Of a stretch of DNA of 47,429 bases, positions 37,395 through 45,617 are shown in pieces; position 1 is the stretch's first letter, and the number at the start of each line of letters is the position of its first letter. Origin of the DNA: Anaerolinea thermophila. Lineage in GTDB: Bacteria; Chloroflexota; Anaerolineae; Anaerolineales; UBA4823. The position numbers and the translations under genes were made by a program. The stretch is from contig DYGV01000012.1 of NCBI GenBank assembly GCA_020724505.1, positions 1-47,429 on the forward strand, given 5' to 3'. Under the pieces are notes generated by a model that ran no database searches, was not told where the DNA came from, and worked only from the letters and a program-made list of their open reading frames with translations.

Positions 37395-38408
37395 CTACCC
37401 CCCACTGCCGCGGCTTTGCACCTGCCGCCAGATGCGATCTTTCTGCTCAGCATCCAAGAAGGCTGCTTCCAATGCGTTCATTTGCATCTGGCGGATTTGC
37501 GAGGGGGTAAAACCCGCTGCAGGCGCAGCGACTTCATATTCATAACGCAAATCAATACCACTGATCCTCGGATCATCCGTGTTAAGCGTAAAGAGAATAT
37601 TGCGCTCTAAGAATATTTTTCCCGGATGGCTTCGGTAATCCGGAGTGGTCATGGTTTGTACATTACTGGTTAGGTTGCCTTCAACCGCAATCCGCTTGGC
37701 AGCCATCATATCTAACAAGTGCGCATCTTGGATTGCAGCGACGCCATGTCCGATGCGAACCGCCCCCAGTTTTTGGATCGCAGTCCAGATGCTATCCGGG
37801 CCGGCGCTTTCGCCCGCATGAACGGTAACGCGCCAGCCAGCGTCGCGGGCTCTTTTGAAATGCTCGATAAATAGCTCCGCCGGAACATTCGCCTCGTCGC
37901 CGGCAAGATCTAATGCAACGATGCGCTCGCGCTGGGTCAGCAACGCGTTCAACTCCTTCCAACCGATCTCCGCTCCGTAGGTGCGACTAATAATACCAAT
38001 CAGATTTACTTCCATGCCGAAATCCCGTTTGCCCGCATCGATCCCGTCGCAAACTGCTTCTACCACACCTGCTGGATCCAAACCATGTCCTTCGGCCATG
38101 AACCACGGACTGAAACGCAGTTCTACATAATCCAGTCCCTCTTTCTTCGCGTCTTCAACATTCTCATACGCTATTCGCCAACAAGCCTGATAATCCACCA
38201 ACGCCTGGATCATCCAATGAAATTTGCTGATAAACGCCATAACGCCGGGTTGAGGTTCTGTCACTTGAACAAATGGGCGCAAGCCCTCCACATCCCAAGC
38301 AGGAAGTTGCAGTCCATGCTTGCGGCCAATATCCAAAATGGTCTCCAGGCGCACGTTTCCATCCAGATGGCGGTGTAAATCAATGAGGGGCAGTCGAGGA
38401 TCAATCAT
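37395..38408 (-). CDS. add: Adenosine deaminase (copy 2)
   Basis: MIDPRLPLIDLHRHLDGNVRLETILDIGRKHGL, VTVHAGE and TLNTDDP motifs; 337 aa. Its stop is 7 nt from the stop of the convergent CHAT gene. Confidence 0.85.
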   Translation of the reverse strand: MIDPRLPLIDLHRHLDGNVRLETILDIGRKHGLQLPAWDVEGLRPFVQVTEPQPGVMAFISKFHWMIQALVDYQACWRIAYENVEDAKKEGLDYVELRFSPWFMAEGHGLDPAGVVEAVCDGIDAGKRDFGMEVNLIGIISRTYGAEIGWKELNALLTQRERIVALDLAGDEANVPAELFIEHFKRARDAGWRVTVHAGESAGPDSIWTAIQKLGAVRIGHGVAAIQDAHLLDMMAAKRIAVEGNLTSNVQTMTTPDYRSHPGKIFLERNILFTLNTDDPRISGIDLRYEYEVAAPAAGFTPSQIRQMQMNALEAAFLDAEQKDRIWRQVQSRGSGG

Positions 38409-38661
38409 ACACAGTCTCTCAACGATGAAAACTTCAGAAAAATGCTGAGTGTTCTAAATTGTCTAAAAACAAGCGGCCGGCGCGCAAAAACGAAATTAAG
38501 CCATTTAGCGCTAATAAAACAGGCAAAGTATAGGCATAATTGCGGGCGTCATATTGCCTTGTGACGATTATAAAACAAAATACTGACGTTTATCACCATC
38601 TCGAAATAACAATATATGTTATATTAGATCAAGTTAGTCCAGCAAAATAGAAAGAGAAACC

Positions 38662-39108
38662 ATGAAACCACTCACAAAAGCCTGCCTGTTTCTAGCTTTG
38701 TCTGCTGTTTTCTTACTCTCTGCTTGCGCCAGCGGAGTTGGTCAAAACAACCCGGAAAATGAATTTAAAATGGCCCCATTGGATGGGATGCCCAACGAAG
38801 TGCGTACAGCTCCTGCCCAGGTGCAACAGGCATATCAATTCGCCGCCGCAAATTCAGAGATCATGACCCAAATACCCTGCTATTGCGGCTGCGGCGAAAT
38901 GGGACACACTTCAAATTATGCCTGTTATATCGGCGGCAAAAATGCGGATGGCTCATTGATCTATGACACTCATGCCCTGGGTTGCTCCATTTGCGTGGAC
39001 ATCACCCTTGACACAATGCGTCTGCTGAAAGAAGGCAAGAGCGTCCCTGAAATCCGTGCCTACGTAGATCAAACCTACGCGCAGTATGGCCCTTCCAATA
39101 TGCCATGA
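38662..39108 (+). CDS. PCYCGC-motif lipoprotein
   Basis: Signal peptide plus lipobox LLSAC, the literal motif QIPCYCGCGEMGHTS, and further Cys pairs (YACY, GCSICVD). Confidence 0.75.
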   Translation: MKPLTKACLFLALSAVFLLSACASGVGQNNPENEFKMAPLDGMPNEVRTAPAQVQQAYQFAAANSEIMTQIPCYCGCGEMGHTSNYACYIGGKNADGSLIYDTHALGCSICVDITLDTMRLLKEGKSVPEIRAYVDQTYAQYGPSNMP

Positions 39109-39130
39109 TTCTCGGAAGGGATCGTTTGGC

Positions 39131-39607
39131 ATGTACTCAACTCAAATTCCAGTGAAAATCGTTCGTTCGTGGCCCTGGATAGCGATCATTGCATCCATTC
39201 TAGTGATCGCTTTCACGCCATTGCCTCTCAAAGCTTCGCAACCTGTTGCCAGGACCGTTCGAGTTGAAGCGCGCAGCTTTGAGTTTTCACCCTCTGTTAT
39301 CCATGTCGAGCAGGGTCAACAGGTGACGATAGAGCTGATAGCCACTGATGTCGTCCATGGCATCTATGTTGACGGTTATGGCCACGAAATAATTGCAAAC
39401 CCAGGGCAAACAGCAACCTTGACCTTTATCGCAGACAAATCAGGCTCCTTTCGCCTGCGCTGTTCAGTCACCTGTGGGGCGTTGCACCCGTTTATGATCG
39501 GCAAACTCAACGTTGGCGTCAATCTGCTCTTTTACCGCGCCATTGGTCTTTCAGTTCTTGCTGGTTTGGCCGGTTTTATGCTATTCCGCCCGCGAAATGA
39601 GCAATAA
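39131..39607 (+). CDS. Membrane-anchored CuA-type cupredoxin (cytochrome oxidase subunit II-like soluble domain)
   Basis: N-terminal TM segment, then DVVHGIYVDG...GSFRLRCSVTCGALHPFMIGKLNV. This is the H...C-x3-C-x3-H-x2-M CuA ligand pattern, with spacing like ba3-type subunit II. RBS GGAAGGGA lies before ATG 39131. Confidence 0.7.
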   Translation: MYSTQIPVKIVRSWPWIAIIASILVIAFTPLPLKASQPVARTVRVEARSFEFSPSVIHVEQGQQVTIELIATDVVHGIYVDGYGHEIIANPGQTATLTFIADKSGSFRLRCSVTCGALHPFMIGKLNVGVNLLFYRAIGLSVLAGLAGFMLFRPRNEQ

Positions 39608-41036
39608 CAAACCTGAAGAAGGATGCTCCCTCGTTGTTACAAATGACTTGTCAATGCAGCAATTGAAGCTTATGCGCATCGAACTGACACGCTATTCCAT
39701 TATCCGTTCTCTAATGTTAAGTCGCTGGCCGCAATTTATCCTGACCAGCCTGGCTTTGACCGGTTTTCTCCTGGCAATTCTCACCGGCTGGTTTGGAACT
39801 CCAGTGGGCAGCCGTAATTTTTCCATCATTTTTGTATGGATTGCTTGGTGGGCGATTCTGATGCTGATTGCGGTACCATTCTTTGGGCGCGGCTGGTGCA
39901 GCATCTGCCCTATTCCCGCTCCGGGCGAATGGTTGCAACGCGGCGCGCTGCTCCAACCCAATGGTAAAGGCGGGCTGTCATTGGGTAAGCGTTGGCCCAA
40001 TAAATTCCGTAATATCTGGCTACAAAATGGCGCGTTCTTGCTTGTTGCCCTCTTCAGCATAATCGTGCTTACCCAACCTCGGTTTACCGCGGTCGTATTG
40101 ACTGCATTTCTATCTATAGCCGTTGCAACCAGCCTGATTTTCGAACGACGCGCCTTTTGCCGCTATTTGTGTCCGGTGGGTGGATTTATTGGACTATATT
40201 CGCAACTCGCGCCGATAGAATTGCGCGTCAAGGATGCGGCGATTTGCGCCTCTCATAAGACCAAAGATTGTTACAACGGCAATCTCCGAGGCTATGGCTG
40301 CCCCTGGCAGGTTTTTCCGGGTGGGTTAACAAAAAACACTCATTGTGGGTTGTGCATGGAATGTTTGCGCACCTGCACAGAGGATAATATCCTGGTTCAG
40401 ACGCGGCCTTTTGCTCAGGATCTCATACTTCCAGGTGGACGACGGCTCGACGAAGCATACAAAGCGTTTATCATGCTGGGATCAGCTTTGGTGTATATGA
40501 GCGTCTTGCTGGGGCCATGGGGCAGCTTAAAAAGCGCCGCCTATCAGATTGGTTCAGCTCCCTGGTTTGCTTATGTTGCTGCATTTTTGGTTTTTGTTTT
40601 GGCAGTTGTGCCGGGCTTATTCTCCGTGGCGGTGCTGATTGGCCGCCGGTTGGCCGGATTACGTTACAATGCGCGGCGTTCCGTGATTAACTTCGCCTAT
40701 GCGCTGATTCCTCTGGGGTTGGCCGCCTGGATTGCCTTCAGCCTTTCCTTCGTTTTTGCCAATTTAACCTATTTAGCTCCTGCGTTGTCGGACCCCTTCG
40801 GCTGGGGCTGGGATCTGATCGGCGCAGCAGGGGTTGGTTGGTCGCCGCTTTTCACAGAAACAGTCCCCCTCATGCAAATCGCCATCCTTACAATAGGATT
40901 ATTTGGTTCGATCTCCATTGTGCGTCGTATTGCCGCAGAGGGTGTCTCAAAAACAGCCGCCTTGTATCAATCCATCCCCATCAGCTTGTTCTGCGTGGGA
41001 GCAACGATCCTTATCCTCACCCTGTTGATTGCATAA
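39597..41036 (+). CDS. Polytopic membrane polyferredoxin of the NapH/NosR/CcoG type
   Basis: CSICPIP and FCRYLCPVGG (CxxCP-type motifs), a ferredoxin-like CGLCMECLRTC plus CASHKTKDC, and multiple TM helices on both sides. The ATG at 39597 overlaps the upstream stop by 11 nt. Confidence 0.7.
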   Translation: MSNNKPEEGCSLVVTNDLSMQQLKLMRIELTRYSIIRSLMLSRWPQFILTSLALTGFLLAILTGWFGTPVGSRNFSIIFVWIAWWAILMLIAVPFFGRGWCSICPIPAPGEWLQRGALLQPNGKGGLSLGKRWPNKFRNIWLQNGAFLLVALFSIIVLTQPRFTAVVLTAFLSIAVATSLIFERRAFCRYLCPVGGFIGLYSQLAPIELRVKDAAICASHKTKDCYNGNLRGYGCPWQVFPGGLTKNTHCGLCMECLRTCTEDNILVQTRPFAQDLILPGGRRLDEAYKAFIMLGSALVYMSVLLGPWGSLKSAAYQIGSAPWFAYVAAFLVFVLAVVPGLFSVAVLIGRRLAGLRYNARRSVINFAYALIPLGLAAWIAFSLSFVFANLTYLAPALSDPFGWGWDLIGAAGVGWSPLFTETVPLMQIAILTIGLFGSISIVRRIAAEGVSKTAALYQSIPISLFCVGATILILTLLIA

Positions 41037-41060
41037 ATCGAGATCTCGGACGAATTCGCT

Positions 41061-42167
41061 TTGACACAAGTTTCACCTGTATCAAGAAAGTTGCATCTAA
41101 ATAAAGAATGGCTGGCGCGCTCCTTTATTATGGGTTTGATATTAGGTTTATTTGCGACGGTTGTTGGCGCGCGCTGGTTGGATCGCCATAAAGTCATCGA
41201 AATTCACGCTCGCATGCCTGAAAACGGCGGGTGGACGCCTGCTGACTTATCTGTTAAAGTTGGCCAACCGCTGCGCTTGCGCTTGGTCTCGGACGATGTC
41301 ACGCATGGATTTGCTGTGGGGCAGACTGCATGGGAGGCGCTTGACCTCTATCCGGGAAAGCCAGTAGAAACTACGTTAATTTTCGACCGACCGGGTAAAT
41401 ATGTCTTTTACTGCACTCGCTGGTGCGGCATCAATCACTGGCGTATGCGTGGCGTAATCGAAGTATATGGCGACGCTTCAACCATGCAAAACTCGGATAC
41501 GACTACTCCTGAGTCGCCATTATATCGTCGACTCGCAATTGATTTGGACGCGCCACATGACGCCTTTGTGATCCCTGAAAGCCAACCTATTGCCCGCAAA
41601 AATATAGCGTTGAATGTAAGGTTACCGGCTAAATACCTGCTTAGGGATTATTATCTGGCGACCGCGCCGTCGAGCGCCTGGCAATCTCTACGCGAGGAAC
41701 CCAGCCTGGCGTCCCTTTCAGATCAACAGATCTGGCACCTGGTCGCAAGCCTTTGGCGAAGGCAAACCAGTCAAAATGAGCTCAAGGAAGGAGAAAAACT
41801 TTACCGTACAAACTGCGCTGCCTGCCACGGCGAAACTGGCGCAGGCGACGGAGTTATGGCACGCTGGCTAGCCGCATCCGCGGCAACCGAAGCACCGGAC
41901 GCAGAACATAGTCAGCCCAGCAATCAACATACTCCAGGCGAGACGGTTATCATCGGTCATTCAACCGTAGTGCCGACGGATTTCACCAACCCGCATACCA
42001 TGCTTGGAGCAAGCCCAGCGCTGCTGCAAGGCAAAATCATTCGCGGCGGGATGGGTACAGGCATGCCCTATTGGGGTCCAATTTTCACTGAAGAACAAAC
42101 CTGGGCGTTGGTTGCCTATCTTTGGACTTTTCAATTCGATTATTCACAAGTGGAGACGAACGAATGA
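41061..42167 (+). CDS. CuA-type cupredoxin fused to a C-terminal class I cytochrome c domain
   Basis: DDVTHGFAVG...GKYVFYCTRWCGINHWRMRGVIEV is a CuA ligand pattern. CAACHG is a heme c CXXCH site and GMPYWG holds the Met ligand region. Start uncertain (TTG 41061 or ATG 41130). Confidence 0.75.
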   Translation: MTQVSPVSRKLHLNKEWLARSFIMGLILGLFATVVGARWLDRHKVIEIHARMPENGGWTPADLSVKVGQPLRLRLVSDDVTHGFAVGQTAWEALDLYPGKPVETTLIFDRPGKYVFYCTRWCGINHWRMRGVIEVYGDASTMQNSDTTTPESPLYRRLAIDLDAPHDAFVIPESQPIARKNIALNVRLPAKYLLRDYYLATAPSSAWQSLREEPSLASLSDQQIWHLVASLWRRQTSQNELKEGEKLYRTNCAACHGETGAGDGVMARWLAASAATEAPDAEHSQPSNQHTPGETVIIGHSTVVPTDFTNPHTMLGASPALLQGKIIRGGMGTGMPYWGPIFTEEQTWALVAYLWTFQFDYSQVETNE

Positions 42168-42670
42168 GCATCCGATCAAGACCTAAGACAAAACAAAGCC
42201 AACAACGTTCACCCTGGCCCTTGGTTTTCATTTCATCTGGAGTGTTGTTATTGGTTGTAGTCGCCGCCTTGAGCTTGCGCGGCGCATCTGATGATAAAGG
42301 CGTCCCTGCTTTGGAAGTCAGCCAAATACAGGCCACGCCAACTGCCAGTATAGAGGGGCTTAAGATCAACTTCGGAGATATGCCTGTTAACACCAGCGAG
42401 GCGATTCTGAACATCCAGGTGACGAACGCCGGCGATGGCGTTCTACGTTTCACTGATGCGCCCTATGTGGAAATTGCCGACGGATGTTGACCACCCACGC
42501 CGGTCATCGGTGCGATGACGTTACAACCCGGAGCTTCAACTAACATTTCCATCAAGTTTCACATGACCAGCGGAATGGGTGGCCCTCATGACTTCCGGCT
42601 GCATTTGAAGACCAACGATCCTGATCAACCAGACCTGGTGGTTACAATCTTATCAAATTGGGTGGAATGA
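42164..42670 (+). CDS. Membrane-anchored DUF1573-like beta-sandwich protein interrupted by an in-frame TGA at 42488-42490 (Sec candidate or nonsense mutation)
   Basis: The start ATG overlaps the upstream stop (ATGA at 42164-42167). An N-terminal TM segment is followed by LKINFGDMPVNTSEAILNIQVTNAGDGVLRFTD...EIADGC-TGA-PPTPVIGAMTLQPGASTNISIKFHMTSG...LKTNDPDQPDLVVTIL. The frame stays open from the TGA to TGA 42668-42670. Confidence 0.5.
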
Positions 42671-42689
42671 AATCCTAAGTTAAGAATAC

Positions 42690-42715
42690 GGCGATGCGCA
42701 GGGCTGCGCATCGCC
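42690..42715. terminator. Bidirectional hairpin terminator between convergent genes
   Basis: GGCGATGCGCAG (42690-42701) pairs with CTGCGCATCGCC (42704-42715). It lies between the stop at 42670 (+) and the stop at 42723 (-). Confidence 0.5.
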
Positions 42716-42722
42716 GTGTCTT

Positions 42723-43502
42723 CTACTTAATGAAAGAGTCGATTACTTGCTGGAAAGCAGAAAACGGCTGCGCGCCAACCAAAGGCGTGCCGTTTACCAG
42801 GAAGCTTGGAGTGCTGCGGACGCCAATCTGCTGCGCCAGAATCGAGTCGGACTGAATAAGTTCCGTATATTTACCTGAATCGACGCATTGGTTAAACGCA
42901 GTCGTATCCAACCCAATTTCAGCCGCGAACTGCTTCAAGTTCTCTTTGCTAAACGCGCCCTGATTCTCCCCGCTTTGCTCGGCAAACAGCTTATCGTGAT
43001 ATTCCCAATATTTACCCTGATCCGCGGCACATTCCGCTGCTTCAGCAGCCCAGGTCGACTCTTCGCCTAAAAATGCATAATTCCAATAGCCAAAGCGAAC
43101 CTTGCCGGTGTTTACGTAAGTCTCGTCAATCAGATGCTCCACGTCTGTGGCAAATTTGCCGCAATAAGGACACTGGAAGTCGCTGAATTCTATAATTGTT
43201 ACTGGCGCGTTCGCGTCCCCCTTAAAGTGACGCGTGTTATCGCGCAGATAATTCATGAGTTCTGCGCTGCTGGCTTGCCGCGTGGCTGCCAACATCGCCT
43301 CTGCAGAGGCCGTAGCTTTTGCCGCCTGAGCCTCTGGGCCAAATTGGCCGCGCCCCACATAACCCAGAAAAGCCCCGATTGTCAGAGCAATCAGACCTAC
43401 TACCACCATAGACATCAAGTTGCGATTTCCTGTGGCTTGAATCGGTTCTTCAATAATCGCTGACGCCGGCGGTTGAACATCGCTTTCATTCAAATCTTCC
43501 AT
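42723..43502 (-). CDS. DsbA-family thiol:disulfide oxidoreductase, membrane-anchored
   Basis: TM segment, then IIEFSDFQCPYCGKF (CPYC thioredoxin-fold active site) and the C-terminal GVRSTPSFLVNG (cis-Pro loop). Confidence 0.85.
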   Translation of the reverse strand: MEDLNESDVQPPASAIIEEPIQATGNRNLMSMVVVGLIALTIGAFLGYVGRGQFGPEAQAAKATASAEAMLAATRQASSAELMNYLRDNTRHFKGDANAPVTIIEFSDFQCPYCGKFATDVEHLIDETYVNTGKVRFGYWNYAFLGEESTWAAEAAECAADQGKYWEYHDKLFAEQSGENQGAFSKENLKQFAAEIGLDTTAFNQCVDSGKYTELIQSDSILAQQIGVRSTPSFLVNGTPLVGAQPFSAFQQVIDSFIK

Positions 43503-43647
43503 TTCGTTACTCTCATCCTCTCGTTATCTGTTGGAGTCTATTGCGCTGATTATATCAGACGGGATAAAACGGATTAGCTTCTCTGCCATTTTCTGATTCA
43601 ACACTTAAACTTTGCCTCATTGCTACGTTGTATAATCCTGCTCAACG

Positions 43648-44709
43648 ATGACGCGAAATCTAATACGCAAATTTCCGGGCAAGCGGAATGGATGTTTTGG
43701 GCTTATTGCTCGGGGGTTCTTGGGATTACTCATTCTCTTGATGATCCTCGTTCCGCTTGGGATGATTTACCAATCGGCTGCGCTCAAGCGAGATGCTCAA
43801 CGTTATCCGTATCCAGGAGAACTGGTAAATCTTGGAGAATTCCGCCTGCATATATATTGCGTTGGTTCAGGTAGTCCAACGGTCGTGTTAGAGGCGGGTT
43901 TGGGCGATGGTTCATATATCTGGGGGCAGGTTCAAAAGAAAGTGGCGTTTTCCACCCATGTCTGTGCTTATGATCGGCCAGGGTTAGGCTGGAGCGACTT
44001 TGTAAACCGTCAGTTTCGGCGTCAAGCTGTGGCGGAAAACCTGCATACCCTGTTGGTGAATGCAGGCATCTCCGGACCATACATCCTTGTCGGACATTCG
44101 ATTGGGGGTATTTATATACGTGCGTTTACACAGAAATACCCTGAAGAAGTTGCAGGGCTGGTTTTTGTTGATTCATCGCACGAGAATCAAAGCGTTCGCA
44201 TGGATGGGGGACGGATGGGACCCAGCAAGATGTTAGATTATATGTTGGCGCTCTGCGATGTTGCGGCGCCGACAGGCATATTTCGCATCTTTGGCGTCGC
44301 CAATGCGTTGATGGAAGACACCGGACTACCCATAGAGTTACAGCAAGCCGCCATTGCAACGCTGAATCGCAATACTTACTGCAGAACCATTGCAAATGAG
44401 ATGAACACCTCCGATAAGGATACCAGCCTAAGCTCTGGCCCGCCTAATTTGGGGAATATCCCACTGATCGTGCTGGTTGCAGGTAGTGGCATTGGCAACC
44501 AATCCAATAGCGCCGCCCCAGGCGTCGGGCCTGGCTCTCAGGGTCGCGGCAACCAACGTTGGCTGCGTTTGCAGGATGAACTGGCGCATCTTTCTACCAA
44601 TAGCCGGCAAATCATCGCCGAAGGCAGCAGTCATTACATTCATCTGGATCAACCCGAGTTAGTGATCCGGGCTATACTGGACGTCTTGAAAATGGCTCGC
44701 TCAGATTGA
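43648..44709 (+). CDS. Membrane-anchored alpha/beta-fold hydrolase
   Basis: N-terminal TM segment, GSGSPTVVLEAGLGD, nucleophile elbow LVGHSIGG, and the C-terminal EGSSHYIHLDQPE (His region). Confidence 0.8.
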   Translation: MTRNLIRKFPGKRNGCFGLIARGFLGLLILLMILVPLGMIYQSAALKRDAQRYPYPGELVNLGEFRLHIYCVGSGSPTVVLEAGLGDGSYIWGQVQKKVAFSTHVCAYDRPGLGWSDFVNRQFRRQAVAENLHTLLVNAGISGPYILVGHSIGGIYIRAFTQKYPEEVAGLVFVDSSHENQSVRMDGGRMGPSKMLDYMLALCDVAAPTGIFRIFGVANALMEDTGLPIELQQAAIATLNRNTYCRTIANEMNTSDKDTSLSSGPPNLGNIPLIVLVAGSGIGNQSNSAAPGVGPGSQGRGNQRWLRLQDELAHLSTNSRQIIAEGSSHYIHLDQPELVIRAILDVLKMARSD

Positions 44710-44759
44710 TTTCGACCTCAAAATACGGCCAGGTATCATAGACGACCCCGAATTAATGC

Positions 44760-44788
44760 TTGTCAACCCAACAGCTATCGTGTATAAT
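44760..44788 (+). promoter_or_regulatory. Near-consensus sigma70 promoter for tRNA-Val
   Basis: TTGTCA (44760-44765), a 17-nt spacer, then TATAAT (44783-44788), 14 nt upstream of the tRNA 5' end. Confidence 0.5.
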
Positions 44789-44802
44789 CAGCGGCGCACT
44801 CC

Positions 44803-44877
44803 GGGCGCGTAGCTCAGTTGGTCAGAGCGCACGGTTCACATCCGTGAGGTTCGGGGGTTCGAGCCCCTCCGCGCCCA
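44803..44877 (+). tRNA. tRNA-Val (anticodon CAC)
   Basis: Manual cloverleaf: acceptor GGGCGCG/CGCGCCC, D arm GCTC-AGTTGGTCA-GAGC, anticodon arm CACGG-TTCACAT-CCGTG (U33, CAC, A37), T arm GGGGG-TTCGAGC-CCCTC, discriminator A. CCA is not encoded. Confidence 0.9.
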
Positions 44878-44881
44878 TCAA

Positions 44882-44908
44882 ATACCCCGCTGGTTGGCGG
44901 GGTATTTC
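44882..44908 (+). terminator. Intrinsic terminator after tRNA-Val
   Basis: ATACCCCGC (44882-44890) pairs with GCGGGGTAT (44897-44905) around a 6-nt loop, followed by TTCGTGTT. Confidence 0.6.
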
Positions 44909-45076
44909 GTGTTAACTGCGAGTAAGTTGATTCTTAATTTGGATGATGGTTAGCGTAAGTTTTGCGGCAATCACAGGCCGAATTACGAAAAACGGTCTAA
45001 AACAGAAAGAATTTTCGTGCCTTACCAACTGAATCCGGATCCTGTATGCTCATGATCATTTCCGATCAAGCGAGGA

Positions 45077-45617
45077 ATGGTTATGAACAGCGACGAAAGC
45101 GAAGTTCAACACACCCAGCATGCCTTTCTGGTGGCTTGGGGCTGGGTTGGCGAACACATCGGCCTGATCTGGCGACTCCTGGCAGTGCCTTTGAAACAGA
45201 AACGCTATCATCATACGCCCCAGGGCAAAGTCCTGGAATTCCTGGTGGTCATTCTGGGTGGGCTGAAGTATTTGCAAGAAATCAGCCTGTCGTCCATCCC
45301 CTGGATAAGGACCCGGTGGTGGCCCAAGCCTGGGGACAGGAGAGCTGGGCGGACTACAGCGGGGTGAGCCGCACCCTGAGCGGGCTAGTGGGGAGGAAGC
45401 TCGTCAAATCGGGCAGGTGTTGGAGCAGATCACTCATCCCTACATCGCAGCCGAGTTGCAGTTGCTGCGCTCACAGGGGAAACGCATCCGTTATGATGGC
45501 GATCTGACCGGCATTCCGGTCTCCATTACCAGCCGGAGTTACCCCAATGCAGCCTACGGACAGATGGACGATGAAATTCGGCTGGGATTTCAGGCTGCCC
45601 TGGTCAGCCTGCTGACC
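45077..45617 (+). pseudogene. Degraded, 3'-truncated DDE transposase fragment (IS4-family-like); at least two frameshifts
   Basis: The homologous reading hops through three frames. The segments are MNSDESEVQHTQHAFLVAWGWVGEHIG...GKVLEFLVVILGGLKYLQEISLS, then VHPLDKDPVVAQAWGQESWADYSGVSRTLSG, then EEARQIGQVLEQITHPYIAAELQLLRSQGKRIRYDGDLTGIP...GFQAALVSL. The AWGQxxWADYSGVSRTL block matches my memory of IS4-type transposase N-terminal regions. The fragment ends exactly at the first CRISPR repeat. Confidence 0.6.

Noticed and set aside
41061-41129. A confident start-codon call for the CuA-cytochrome c gene
   Set aside because: Neither TTG 41061 nor ATG 41130 has a convincing RBS. Both leave the TM helix intact. 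I reported the longer ORF and flagged the start as uncertain.
8377-42670. Alternative genetic code (TAG or TGA reassigned) as an explanation for the in-frame stops
   Set aside because: Well-defined neighbouring genes end in TAG (for example pfkA at 2983), TGA and TAA at positions consistent with full-length homologue-type C-termini. Any recoding would therefore have to be site-specific.
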